A stretch of 56,546 nt of DNA from Candidatus Pacearchaeota archaeon (lineage in GTDB: Archaea; Nanobdellota; Nanobdellia; Pacearchaeales; GW2011-AR1): positions 1 through 56,546 of the forward strand of contig JAFCFJ010000007.1 of NCBI GenBank assembly GCA_017608705.1, written 5' to 3'. This document shows, one piece after another, positions 1 to 8,984 of the stretch (its first letter is position 1; each line of letters begins with the position of its first letter). The notes under the pieces are model-generated. The model did not search any database. It was given only the letters and a program-made list of their open reading frames with translations, and was not told the DNA's origin. A program made the position numbers and the translations under genes.

Positions 1-246
1 CGCTATTTTTAGGCCGAGCCATGAGGCAAGCATAACAACCAAATCGCTAACACTATGCAAAGCATCACTGAGCAAGGCGAGACTGCCTGAAATAAGAGCT
101 ACGGAAGCTTTCAGGATAGCGAGTAAAAAAGAAACAAGAGCTGCCCTCAATGAGGCAGTTTCGCCTGCTCTCAGCTTCTTGATTTTTTCTTCATGCTTCT
201 CTGACACGCTTTTCCTGCTCTTGCGCTTATGCTCTGCTATTGCCAT
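1..246 (-). CDS. cation diffusion facilitator (CDF) metal efflux transporter, N-terminal part; the gene runs off the window start
   Basis: Not in the ORF track because there is no stop in the window. The reverse complement from the ATG at 246 reads MAIAEHKRKSRKSVSEKHEEKIKKLRAGETASLRAALVSFLLAILKASVALISGSLALLSDALHSVSDLVVMLASWLGLKIA. SGSLALLSDALHSxxD is the CDF TM2 signature. The ATG overlaps the stop of the upstream gene by 10 nt. Confidence 0.7.
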   Translation of the reverse strand, partial: MAIAEHKRKSRKSVSEKHEEKIKKLRAGETASLRAALVSFLLAILKASVALISGSLALLSDALHSVSDLVVMLASWLGLKIA

Positions 247-665
247 CTTCTTCCACGGCCGGCACCATAGCCTCTACCTTGGCCCCGGCCCATACCAAGG
301 CCACCGCTACCACCACGGGCCATGCCTAAACCACGACCAAGGCCATAACCGCCAAGGCCCATCCTTCCAGGCACTGCTATTTCGCTCAACTTCCCTTCAG
401 CCAAGTCCTTGGCATTCTCTTCTATACTCTTGGTTGTGTTGCCTTGATACATAGCCACGCCAAACTGTTGCAATACAGCAAACGCTCTCGGACCGATAGC
501 ACCTGAAACAACAGCTTTCGCTCCCTTATTAATAACAAGCTGTGCAACATTGCTCAGCTTCCCTCGCTTGCCTATATCAGCTATAACAAAATAAGGACAT
601 CTACCAAAAACAGGACTCAACATGCTTCCAACGCTATTACCAGTGGAGCTAAATGCTACTCTCAT
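237..665 (-). CDS. NifB/NifX-type (dinitrogenase Fe-Mo cofactor biosynthesis domain) protein with a Gly/Arg-rich C-terminal tail
   Basis: The 142-aa ORF has VAFSS..FGRCPYFVIADI..GAKAVVSGAIGPRAFAVLQQFGVAMYQG, which matches the NifX/NifB-like fold pattern. The C-terminus GLGGYGLGRGLGMARGGSGGLGMGRGQGRGYGAGRGRR is an RGG-like repeat. Confidence 0.6.
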   Translation of the reverse strand: MRVAFSSTGNSVGSMLSPVFGRCPYFVIADIGKRGKLSNVAQLVINKGAKAVVSGAIGPRAFAVLQQFGVAMYQGNTTKSIEENAKDLAEGKLSEIAVPGRMGLGGYGLGRGLGMARGGSGGLGMGRGQGRGYGAGRGRRWQ

Positions 666-674
666 TTTACCTTT

Positions 675-887
675 CTATGCCCACTTGCCTATCATGCGTG
701 CTCCGCATTTTGGGCATGTCATGCTTGAACACGGAATGCCTCGCTGATGCACGGTTTCGTAGCCACATGCAGGACACACGCACTTACTCGGCCCACCACG
801 ACGGCCAGGGCCAGGCGGAACGCCTTGCATATTTTTCATGTCTTGGCTCTCGCTTTGGCTTATCATTTTATTTTTACCTCCTTTCAA
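675..887 (-). CDS. small zinc-ribbon protein (CPACG...CPKCG), hypothetical
   Basis: The 70-aa ORF has two CxxC pairs (CVCPACG, CPKCG) and a PPGPGRRGGP segment. It overlaps the 3' end of the DUF134 gene and lies upstream of the NifX-like gene on the same strand. Confidence 0.4.
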   Translation of the reverse strand: MKGGKNKMISQSESQDMKNMQGVPPGPGRRGGPSKCVCPACGYETVHQRGIPCSSMTCPKCGARMIGKWA

Positions 888-1158
888 GCCTTATTTTAAG
901 TGCTTTAGCATTAACAAGGAAATCTGCAATCTTTTTTCTTGCAGACCTGTAGATACGTGTAAATGTTGGCCTGCTCACTTTCATGCGCCTTGCTGCCTCC
1001 TCCTGCTTCAAGGCAAGCAAGTCCCGAAGCCTTATAGCTTCCAGTTCCTCATGCAAGAGTTCAATTTCGTTCAGGCGAGACAGTGGAATTGCTCTTGGCT
1101 TGAAATAGACTGCGAGCGGATCAAGCTCAACGCAACGCTCCTTCTTTGGCCTAACCAT
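874..1158 (-). CDS. DUF134 (UPF0251) family DNA-binding protein
   Basis: MVRPKKERCVELDPLAVYFKPRAIPL...LEAIRLRDLLALKQEEAARRMKVSRPTFTRIYRSARKKIA matches the DUF134 N-terminal motif plus a sigma-70 region-4-like HTH. I moved the start to the internal ATG at 1158; the track starts at 1167. Confidence 0.8.
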   Translation of the reverse strand: MVRPKKERCVELDPLAVYFKPRAIPLSRLNEIELLHEELEAIRLRDLLALKQEEAARRMKVSRPTFTRIYRSARKKIADFLVNAKALKIRLERR

Positions 1159-1220
1159 TATGAACATATGTTCATAACCTTTATAAATCTTTCTATTGTT
1201 GAGAAAAATAAAAAGAAAAA

Positions 1221-1562
1221 CTAGCCTTTTTCAGCCACCTCTGCCTTTCCACCTTTTTCTACACCAATAGCCACAAGGAGCAATGTTACGCCGATCAACA
1301 AATTCATTATTTCCTGGAAAAACACAAGAGCAAAAACCGGAACCAGTAACTTCTTCATCTCTGCAATTTTCTCGGTCAGGCCAGAAACCATGCTCATGCC
1401 AAACTGAGTGCCTAGGCTCTCCAGAGGACCTATCGCATCACTAATAGCTTTCGAAATTTCCTCAATCTTGGCATTAGCCATGCTGTAAGCTGCCGTAGTA
1501 AAAACAAGGGCAACTACGCTGAGAAAAATTATAAACACCGCAAGAAGCTTCGCTGCTATCAT
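1221..1562 (-). CDS. hypothetical membrane protein
   Basis: The 113-aa ORF has hydrophobic N- and C-terminal segments. I recognise no motif. Confidence 0.4.
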   Translation of the reverse strand: MIAAKLLAVFIIFLSVVALVFTTAAYSMANAKIEEISKAISDAIGPLESLGTQFGMSMVSGLTEKIAEMKKLLVPVFALVFFQEIMNLLIGVTLLLVAIGVEKGGKAEVAEKG

Positions 1563-1695
1563 GATAACCGCTTGTTTTTGTGATATAAAAATCTATCGGG
1601 AATAATTTTTGAATTATATATTTGAATATTGGAACCCTCAAAAATAGAAAATACAGGAAGCAAAAATTTATCAATGTAGCTAATAAGAAAAAACT

Positions 1696-1977
1696 ATGGA
1701 AAAGCCAAAGAATTTTGACGAGCTCGTAACTGAAGAGGAAAGAGAAATAATCCGTGAGCTTGAAGCCTCAATGACAAGGGTTTGCCCATATCTAAGGAAA
1801 GAAGAGAATTTTTTCTATTATTGTAAAGCTGGCCTCGACTGCGAGCAACTGGAGAAAAAGGAGCCAATAGTATCAAGCGCTATCTACGAAAAACGGCTGT
1901 CTATACAGGAATTACAGCTGTTCTGCATGAATAATTTTGAAAACTGCTTGTTTTACAAGATGTTTTCTGAAAGATAA
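1696..1977 (+). CDS. hypothetical small Cys-containing protein
   Basis: The 93-aa ORF has 5 Cys. I recognise no family. Confidence 0.35.
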   Translation: MEKPKNFDELVTEEEREIIRELEASMTRVCPYLRKEENFFYYCKAGLDCEQLEKKEPIVSSAIYEKRLSIQELQLFCMNNFENCLFYKMFSER

Positions 1978-2024
1978 GGCAAAAAGGATGAAACCTTTAT
2001 AAATTCCCCCGAGCTCTCGATAGG

Positions 2025-3119
2025 ATGGTAGAGGCAAAGAAATACGAGCTGGCAGAGTTCGTGCAGGAGCTTGAAAATTATAGAGGTAGGCATACAGAGC
2101 TGATCACAGTTTATATTCCTGCCGGCTACAACCTCAACGCTGTAGTGAGACAGCTCGAAGCTGAGAAAAGCACTGCAAATAACATAAAAAGTAAGACAAC
2201 GAGGAAAAATGTAATCGACGCATTAGAAAAGCTTGTGCGCTTTCTCAAGCAAATTGAAAAACTACCAGAAAACGGGCTTGCTGTCTTTTGTGGTAATGTT
2301 AGCGAAAAAGAGGGCGAACAAGACATAAGGTTATGGAGCATAGAACCACCATATCCGCTCAAAACAAGACTCTACCGCTGTGACCAAGAATTCGTGCTCG
2401 ATCCTCTGCGTGAGATGCTCGAGAGCGATGAAATATATGGCTTGTTTGTTATTGAACGTAAGGAAGCAACAATCGGCTTGCTCGAAGGGAAGCAAATCCG
2501 CATATTGCAGAGGCTAACATCAGGCATTCCAGGAAAACAGCGTGCCGGCGGACAGAGTAGCCAAAGATTCGAGAGGCTTCGTGAGGGCATGGCAAAGGAA
2601 TTCTATAGGCGTTGTGCTGACGCGTTGAAAGAACAATTCTTCCATATGCGTGACAAGCTCAAGGGCATACTCGTCGGAGGGCCTGGCCCAACCAAGGAAG
2701 AGTTTCTCAAAGAAGGCCAGCTTGTCACAGCATTGAAAGAAAAAATAATTGCTGTAAAAGATATAGGCTATGCTGACGAACATGGTCTCGAGCTTCTTGT
2801 GGAAGCAAGCCAGGACGTGCTTTCAGCTGTTGAAGTAACTAAGGAAAAACAATTGCTCGAAGAATTTTTCACATTACTTGCCAAGCAACCCGAGAAGGTT
2901 GTCTATGGTAAGGAACAGGTTGTCAAAGCGCTGGATGTTGGCGCTGTGGACAAGCTATTGATAAGTGAAAAAATACCAAAAGAGGAGAGGGCAAGGCTAG
3001 AGAAAAAAGCAGAGGAAACAGGAGCCAGCATAGAAATAATTTCGACGGAAACAAATGAAGGTCTGCAATTTTACAACCTTGGTGGTGTTGGCGCGTTCTT
3101 GAGGTTTAGTATAGATTAA
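2025..3119 (+). CDS. prf1: peptide chain release factor aRF1
   Basis: The NIKS motif (TANNIKSKTTRKN) and the GGQ motif (KQRAGGQSSQRFERLREG) are both present. A CCTTTATAAATTCC box lies about 20-25 nt upstream of the ATG. Confidence 0.95.
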   Translation: MVEAKKYELAEFVQELENYRGRHTELITVYIPAGYNLNAVVRQLEAEKSTANNIKSKTTRKNVIDALEKLVRFLKQIEKLPENGLAVFCGNVSEKEGEQDIRLWSIEPPYPLKTRLYRCDQEFVLDPLREMLESDEIYGLFVIERKEATIGLLEGKQIRILQRLTSGIPGKQRAGGQSSQRFERLREGMAKEFYRRCADALKEQFFHMRDKLKGILVGGPGPTKEEFLKEGQLVTALKEKIIAVKDIGYADEHGLELLVEASQDVLSAVEVTKEKQLLEEFFTLLAKQPEKVVYGKEQVVKALDVGAVDKLLISEKIPKEERARLEKKAEETGASIEIISTETNEGLQFYNLGGVGAFLRFSID

Positions 3120-3169
3120 ACTCTTAAACTTATTTGTTTAGGCCAGATTAAACTTTTAAATCCAGAAAC

Positions 3170-3763
3170 ATGAATAATGTCATGGAAGAAGAAGCAGAAA
3201 AAGAGGTAAATGATAACACGGTTGAAAATAAAACGTGTGAGCAAGCTGAAGAAAGCAATGAGCCCAGAAGGATAAACAGCAGGGAGCTCGAAGCTATGAA
3301 AAAAATTGAGGCTGCCCTATTTATAGCAGCAAGATTCATGACAATACAGGAACTCGTAAGCTTAACAGATATAAACCCGATAATGCTACGGGAGCTGCTT
3401 GAAAAGCTAAGAAAAAAATATTCCAACGAAACCACTGCCCTTGAGATTGCGCAGCGTGGCGAGTCATGGAAAATGGATGTCAAGCCTGCATACGTGTGGC
3501 TGGTGAATAAACTTGCAGCCGGGTCTCAGGAATTTAGCAAGGCAGAACAAGAAACTCTCGCTGTGATAGCATACAAACAGCCAATAAAGCAAAGTGTTGT
3601 TATAAAAATAAGAGGAAACAAGGCATATGACCATATAAAGAAATTTATTCAGCTCGGCTTGGTGAAAGCAAAAAAGCTCGGCCACACATACGAGCTCACG
3701 CTAAGCGATGAATTTTACGAGTATTTCCATATTAGCAAGAAAAAAGGAGGGCAAGAAAAATGA
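3170..3763 (+). CDS. scpB: segregation and condensation protein B (ScpB)
   Basis: EAALFIAARFMTIQELVSL and SKAEQETLAVIAYKQPIKQSVVIKIRGNKAYDHIKKFIQLGLV correspond to the two ScpB winged-helix domains. Confidence 0.8.
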   Translation: MNNVMEEEAEKEVNDNTVENKTCEQAEESNEPRRINSRELEAMKKIEAALFIAARFMTIQELVSLTDINPIMLRELLEKLRKKYSNETTALEIAQRGESWKMDVKPAYVWLVNKLAAGSQEFSKAEQETLAVIAYKQPIKQSVVIKIRGNKAYDHIKKFIQLGLVKAKKLGHTYELTLSDEFYEYFHISKKKGGQEK

Positions 3764-4983
3764 ATTTCATAACAAGCGTCTTCTTATTTTACATGTTTCT
3801 TGCCCTCTTTATGTTCTTCTTTTTTATATTTCTCTATATACGAAATAGGAAAACATTATTTGAATATCCAAAACCAAAAAAGCTCTATACTGTAAGCGTG
3901 TTGATTCCGGCTTACAATGAAGAAGAATGCATAGCTGCAACAATAGAGCAAGTGTTCAAGTCAAGCTACAAGGGCTTGCTTGAGGTTATAGTTATCAATG
4001 ACGGCTCCACTGATAACACGGCAAGTATAGTTAAAAGACTGATGAAAAAATACAAGAGGCTAAAGCTGATAAATAAGAAAAATACAGGCAAAGCTGACTC
4101 GCTCAACCAGGGCCTGAAAAAAGCAAGAGGCGAGCTTGTGGTTGTTGTCGATGCAGATAGTTTTCCGGAGAGGGAAGCAATAAGCAGAATGGTCGGTTTT
4201 TTCAACGACGAGCGAGTAGCTGCGGTTACAGCTTCAATATTAGTAAAAAACAAAAAAAGATTCTTAGAAAAATTGCAAGCAATCCAATACATAATAATAG
4301 CATGGACAAGGAAACTATTGGATTATATAGACGCGGTCTATGTCACGCCAGGAGCTCTAAGCATGTACAGGAAAAATGCCGTACTCAAAGTAGGCGGCTT
4401 TGATCCAAACAATCTTACAGAAGATATAGAGCTCACATGGCACTTAATCAACGAAGGCTACAAAACAAGAATGTGCTTAGCAGCAAAATGTAAAACAATT
4501 GTACCCTCAAGATTCAGAAGATTTTACGAGCAAAGAATAAGATGGAACATAGGAGGAATACAAACAATAAACAAGTATAAAAAAGCATTTGTAACTAGGG
4601 GAGGGGTTGCAAGTTTTATCTTACCTTTCTTCCTCATTGGCCTTATAGTAGGATTGTTCGGATTTGGAATATTTATCTACTTACTTTTCAAAAAATTTAT
4701 TCTCACTTACTTAAAAACTACTTACATAATAGGATCAAATCTGCCGTTGGTGACAATGGAAGACATATCATTCAACATCACAGTATTGAACTTTTTTGGT
4801 ATAGTTATGTTCTTTCTTTCTCTCGCATTCCTTTTGTTCGGCTTGAGAGTGATGAGAAGAAAAGAAAGAATAAAACAAAATGTTTTTAATATGATGTTCT
4901 ATATGTTTATTTATGCAATGATCCACCCACCAATGCTCGTAGCGGCTATGTGGCGTCTTGTAAGAGGTAAAAAAAGATGGTAA
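3760..4983 (+). CDS. family 2 glycosyltransferase, membrane-integrated (processive synthase-like)
   Basis: VSVLIPAYNEE, VVVDADS and the QRIRWNIGG (QxxRW) motif are present, with TM segments at both ends. The ATG overlaps the scpB stop (ATGA). Confidence 0.85.
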   Translation: MNFITSVFLFYMFLALFMFFFFIFLYIRNRKTLFEYPKPKKLYTVSVLIPAYNEEECIAATIEQVFKSSYKGLLEVIVINDGSTDNTASIVKRLMKKYKRLKLINKKNTGKADSLNQGLKKARGELVVVVDADSFPEREAISRMVGFFNDERVAAVTASILVKNKKRFLEKLQAIQYIIIAWTRKLLDYIDAVYVTPGALSMYRKNAVLKVGGFDPNNLTEDIELTWHLINEGYKTRMCLAAKCKTIVPSRFRRFYEQRIRWNIGGIQTINKYKKAFVTRGGVASFILPFFLIGLIVGLFGFGIFIYLLFKKFILTYLKTTYIIGSNLPLVTMEDISFNITVLNFFGIVMFFLSLAFLLFGLRVMRRKERIKQNVFNMMFYMFIYAMIHPPMLVAAMWRLVRGKKRW

Positions 4984-5645
4984 GCAAAGAAACAAAAGAA
5001 AAGAGAATAGTACTAACATTATCAATTATTTCTACCATAATAGTTTTCTCAATCGGCCTGATGATTGGAGCTTATTTTGAAATGTCCCGAGCAACTAAGA
5101 TAGAACTTCTAAGAGCAGAAGCAGAAATAGAGATATTAGACTTATTTTTACAGAAGGATCTTCCACTAGCAGATTGTAAAGCGATAGTAGAAAGCGCTAT
5201 TGAAACTGCCGACAAGATTTACCTCCAAGCGAAGATAATAGAAAAGTATGAAGAGTACGAAAAAATATCAAACACCCTTAAAATATTGCATAGGAGATAT
5301 GACCTCTTACGAACAATGTTATGGATACAACTAATAAATATTAAAAAAGAATGTAAAAACACGCCACATACACTAATCTATCTCTATAAATTTCATAACC
5401 CAAACATAGAACAAAAGGCGAAACAAAATGCGTTTTCAAAATTGCTTGCAGAGGTAAAGAGATCGCAAGGGAATAATGTTATTCTAATCCCCATAGCCGC
5501 AGACATGAATCTTAGTTCTCTGGATATGCTCCTCAAAACATATAATGTGACTGAGTTGCCAACCATACTCATAGATGAAAAAGTCAAACTAACGGACTTA
5601 GTGACAGCTGACGAGCTTATCAAGATTATAAATGAAACAAGCTGA
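4977..5645 (+). CDS. hypothetical membrane-anchored protein
   Basis: The 222-aa ORF has one N-terminal TM segment and overlaps the glycosyltransferase gene by 7 nt. No catalytic motif is seen. Confidence 0.4.
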   Translation: MVSKETKEKRIVLTLSIISTIIVFSIGLMIGAYFEMSRATKIELLRAEAEIEILDLFLQKDLPLADCKAIVESAIETADKIYLQAKIIEKYEEYEKISNTLKILHRRYDLLRTMLWIQLINIKKECKNTPHTLIYLYKFHNPNIEQKAKQNAFSKLLAEVKRSQGNNVILIPIAADMNLSSLDMLLKTYNVTELPTILIDEKVKLTDLVTADELIKIINETS

Positions 5646-5703
5646 CTAATTCGTGAATTCCTGCGAACGAAAAAAATAAATAAACTTGCCACCTAATTTT
5701 GTT

Positions 5704-6417
5704 ATGGATAAATGCTATTTTTGTGAAAGAACTTCTGACGAAGCGAGGATTCTTGAGGCAATTTATGCAGGTGAGATCATAGCCATATGTGAAGAATGCG
5801 CAGCACGTGAGAGCTTGCCCCTAATCAAGAAACCAACATTAGACCAGCTACGGGAGGCTGAACAGCCTTACACAGTGAGAGAAAGGCTAATGCGTATCTC
5901 GGGCATGCTAGAAAAAGATACTGGTAAAAAGGAAGAAGTATCTGAACAAAAAATGCAGGACAAACGAACAAAACTTGTGCCCAATTTCCATGAAATAATC
6001 GCAAAAGCAAGAGAAAAGCGCGGGCTTAGCCATGCTGAAGTTGCTAGCATGCTCGGTGAAAGCGAAGCTGCTGTAAAGATGGTAGAGCAAGGACAGTTGC
6101 CAGAAGGTTATGAGAGATTAATTAAAAAATTGGAGCAGTTCTTCATGATAAGGCTCACGGAACCAACACAAAATGAAATGCCAAAAGAAGAAACCCAGGC
6201 AAGAGAGATTGTGATAAATGCAAAAGTGGCGAGAGAGTTAACGATAGCTGACTTGCGCAGAATAAAAGAAGAAAGGGAAAAACATGCCACCGAACCTAAG
6301 AATAAAGAAGTCACAGAGAAAGAGGATGAAAAAGATACGAAAACATATGAAAAAGGAGAAAATACAACGCAAGATAAAAGCTTGCTTGGTTCTGATATAG
6401 AAATCATTGAAGATTAG
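5704..6417 (+). CDS. archaeal multiprotein bridging factor 1 (aMBF1): Zn-ribbon plus XRE-type HTH
   Basis: The N-terminus has CYFCE...CEEC, followed by the HTH IAKAREKRGLSHAEVASMLGESEAAVKMVEQGQ. I trimmed the start to the ATG at 5704. Confidence 0.7.
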   Translation: MDKCYFCERTSDEARILEAIYAGEIIAICEECAARESLPLIKKPTLDQLREAEQPYTVRERLMRISGMLEKDTGKKEEVSEQKMQDKRTKLVPNFHEIIAKAREKRGLSHAEVASMLGESEAAVKMVEQGQLPEGYERLIKKLEQFFMIRLTEPTQNEMPKEETQAREIVINAKVARELTIADLRRIKEEREKHATEPKNKEVTEKEDEKDTKTYEKGENTTQDKSLLGSDIEIIED

Positions 6418-6476
6418 CAGAATTCTCTGAAATATAAGACCGCAAAATTTAAAAACCCACACCAATAAAAGCAGGA

Positions 6477-6785
6477 ATGGAATTTTGCCAGAAGTGTGGT
6501 TCAGTTCTCGTGAAAGACGGCAAAATATTCAAATGCGCAAGGTGTGGCTATAAAACAAAAGAAAAGATAAAAATAGAAGCAAGTGAAAAGTTCAATGAGA
6601 AAACAAAAGTAGGAATAATGAAAGAGGAAGAAACCAATGTATTGCCAGTAACAGCTGCTGTATGTCCTAAATGCGGCCACCGCGAAGCATATTTCTGGAG
6701 CTCACAGACCCGTGCTGGAGACGAAGCTGAAACAAGATTCTTTCGCTGTGTTAAGTGTCAGCACACATGGCGTGAGTATAGATAA
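6477..6785 (+). CDS. tfs: transcription factor S (TFS) / RNA polymerase subunit M family
   Basis: There is an N-terminal Zn ribbon (CQKCG..CARCG). The C-terminal TFIIS-type ribbon is CPKCGHREAYFWSSQTRAGDEAETRFFRCVKCQHTW, with the acidic DE loop. Confidence 0.85.
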   Translation: MEFCQKCGSVLVKDGKIFKCARCGYKTKEKIKIEASEKFNEKTKVGIMKEEETNVLPVTAAVCPKCGHREAYFWSSQTRAGDEAETRFFRCVKCQHTWREYR

Positions 6786-6798
6786 ATAAATATCAATC

Positions 6799-7851
6799 TT
6801 AGGAAGTCACAAGCCTTATTATTCTTTTTCTAAACACTGGCAAATCCTCTACACTTACCTGTGCGCCTGTTGCATGTTTATGACCGCCCCCGGTTGCATC
6901 TTCAAGTCCTGCGATAGCTTTTCTCGTGATCTCTCGCATATCGAGTTCGCCACGTAATGAAATATTAGCTTTTGAACCCTTGATATATGCCACAACAATA
7001 ATCTTGTCTGGATAAAGATATGCCAGCTCGTTAGCAAGATCTGCACTCAAGCTCAGAGAGCCACCATACTGAAAGAACAGCACACGACCACGCGCATGTT
7101 TCCTTGCTCTCTCCAAAAGTTTTCTATATTTTTTCTCTATCTGTTTTGCCCGCCTTAACATAGTATAAGTCCTGCTATTCTCCTCAAGTAATTCATAAGG
7201 AGATTTTGCAGTAACTAAAAACTTGAGCATACGAACAACATTCGTAGTTCTGTCTTTCAGCGCAAAATTCAAAATCCTAATAATCTTACCAAGCTCTGTT
7301 TCATACATAGCATTCAAAGCCCTCCCTATACCAGGCTTCCATAAGTCTGGATATTTCCTTGCGAACTCGTCAGCAAAAGAAGGCATATACCCATCACCAA
7401 TACATCCTATCATAGCTATCCACAAATCTTCCTTTCTCGCAGTGGCTTGATAACACCAATAGCTCACTGGTTCACTACTCGGCTTCTCAGATTCGTGGGG
7501 GTTGTAATAGCGAATATAATTATTGATCTTTGCTGATTCAGAATCAAGCTTATGATGATCAATCCACACAAACTTCACCCCAGCTTTCTTTGCTTCCTCA
7601 ACAAAACCTTGTTCTATACCTGGTTTGTCAAGCACAAAAACCGTGTCGCCATTAAGCTCGTGGATCTTTCTTGCGTAACTAGCATTGAGCATAGGAAAAG
7701 ATTTTATGGCTATACCCTTCCCAGCATTTCTATAACGTCTAAGCAACAAAAAACTTGCCAAACCATCTGCATCATTATCAAAGAAAAACAGAGGTTCAGA
7801 GCTCTCATCGACAAAGTTTCTTATCTCACTCAATTGCTTCTCAGAGAGCAT
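6799..7851 (-). CDS. DHH/DHHA1 family phosphoesterase (RecJ/NrnA/c-di-AMP phosphodiesterase-like)
   Basis: DHH motifs are present: DNDADG, VLD, IDHH and GCIGDG. The DHHA1 motif is GGGHKHATG. The gene starts 63 nt downstream of the disA stop on the same strand. Confidence 0.8.
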   Translation of the reverse strand: MLSEKQLSEIRNFVDESSEPLFFFDNDADGLASFLLLRRYRNAGKGIAIKSFPMLNASYARKIHELNGDTVFVLDKPGIEQGFVEEAKKAGVKFVWIDHHKLDSESAKINNYIRYYNPHESEKPSSEPVSYWCYQATARKEDLWIAMIGCIGDGYMPSFADEFARKYPDLWKPGIGRALNAMYETELGKIIRILNFALKDRTTNVVRMLKFLVTAKSPYELLEENSRTYTMLRRAKQIEKKYRKLLERARKHARGRVLFFQYGGSLSLSADLANELAYLYPDKIIVVAYIKGSKANISLRGELDMREITRKAIAGLEDATGGGHKHATGAQVSVEDLPVFRKRIIRLVTS

Positions 7852-7914
7852 GCAAATTCTACAAAAATGTATTTTTTAAATCTTGTTTCTCAAAATAAAA
7901 GCAATACCTACCTC

Positions 7915-8913
7915 CTAAACCTTCTTTCCGACCATTACTTGCTCTCTCAGATTAGCCAACTCTTTCTGAATTTTGTTGGCTTCTTTGCCAAAAAAGGATA
8001 AGTCGGAGTTGAGGATATTGCCAAGATTTTTATAGCGCGAAACTAACAGCTTTATCAGCCTTTTCTCAAGTTTTGTTTTTGACAAAAGTCTATAACCTTT
8101 TGGCTGCACTATCTCCTCTGGCGACCTGCCAAAAACCTTGCTTGCAAGCTGGTTTATATCAATGATCTCCTCAAACTTAAGACCAATTTTGCCCAAATGC
8201 TTTAGGCTGTAATCCTCAAGCAATAATTTTTGCTCTGAATCAAGCCCAGACATCAGCTCACGAAAACGCATTCTCACTATAGTGCCTTCGTTGCCAAGCT
8301 CTATCATATAAAATTTCATCGAGGCTGCAATTTTCTTTATCATCTCTATTCTCGCAAGAACAGCGCAAACATCAGCAACAGAAACCAAGCCAGTAATTTC
8401 TAGCACATTAAGGTTCGTAACTAAATCATTATATATCTCACGCTGCTTTTCCAATATTTGAAGCGTTTCAGTTGCCCTCCTAAGAATTTCTTCTGTGCTC
8501 CTCAAAACATATTTCATATCTTGATAATAGAGCGTTACCACATTCCTGCGTTCAGAAACTGCTATAACCAGCGTGCCAACTTGCTTGGCTGTTCGTTCCG
8601 CAGCTCTGTGCCTCGTGCCTGTTTCAGCCGTAGCTATATTCTTATCGGGCACGAGAATTGTGTTAGCATAAAGAATCTTCTTCATGTCACGTGATAAAAC
8701 CACGGCACCATCCATCTTACATAACTCGACTAAACGTTGCGGCGTAAACTTGCTGTTTATTCTGAAACCTTTCTCCAAGATGTCCTGAAGACCATCAGCA
8801 TCAATAACTATGAGCGCGCCTGTCTTTGCACGCACAATATCTTCAAGAGCTGCACGCAATGCTGTGCCAGGAGCAACAAGACGCAATACATCGAGAAAAC
8901 TTTTTTCCTCCAT
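7915..8913 (-). CDS. disA: DNA integrity scanning protein DisA (diadenylate cyclase)
   Basis: The protein aligns by eye along its whole length with bacterial DisA. Matching elements are LRLVAPGTALRAALEDIVRAKTGALIVI, the DAC motifs DGAVVL and GTRHRAAERTAKQ, the linker, and PKGYRLL (PRGYRLL in Bacillus subtilis). Confidence 0.85.
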   Translation of the reverse strand: MEEKSFLDVLRLVAPGTALRAALEDIVRAKTGALIVIDADGLQDILEKGFRINSKFTPQRLVELCKMDGAVVLSRDMKKILYANTILVPDKNIATAETGTRHRAAERTAKQVGTLVIAVSERRNVVTLYYQDMKYVLRSTEEILRRATETLQILEKQREIYNDLVTNLNVLEITGLVSVADVCAVLARIEMIKKIAASMKFYMIELGNEGTIVRMRFRELMSGLDSEQKLLLEDYSLKHLGKIGLKFEEIIDINQLASKVFGRSPEEIVQPKGYRLLSKTKLEKRLIKLLVSRYKNLGNILNSDLSFFGKEANKIQKELANLREQVMVGKKV

Positions 8914-8984
8914 ATTAATTTGACTTGAGTGAAATATTTAAACTTTCTCACAAAAAATTTTAAAGCTAAAACCAATATAAAAAG

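Noticed and set aside
179-454. 91-aa plus-strand ORF; also 653-952 and 838-1224
   Set aside because: They are antisense to the NifX-like, Zn-ribbon and DUF134 genes, which have recognisable motifs.
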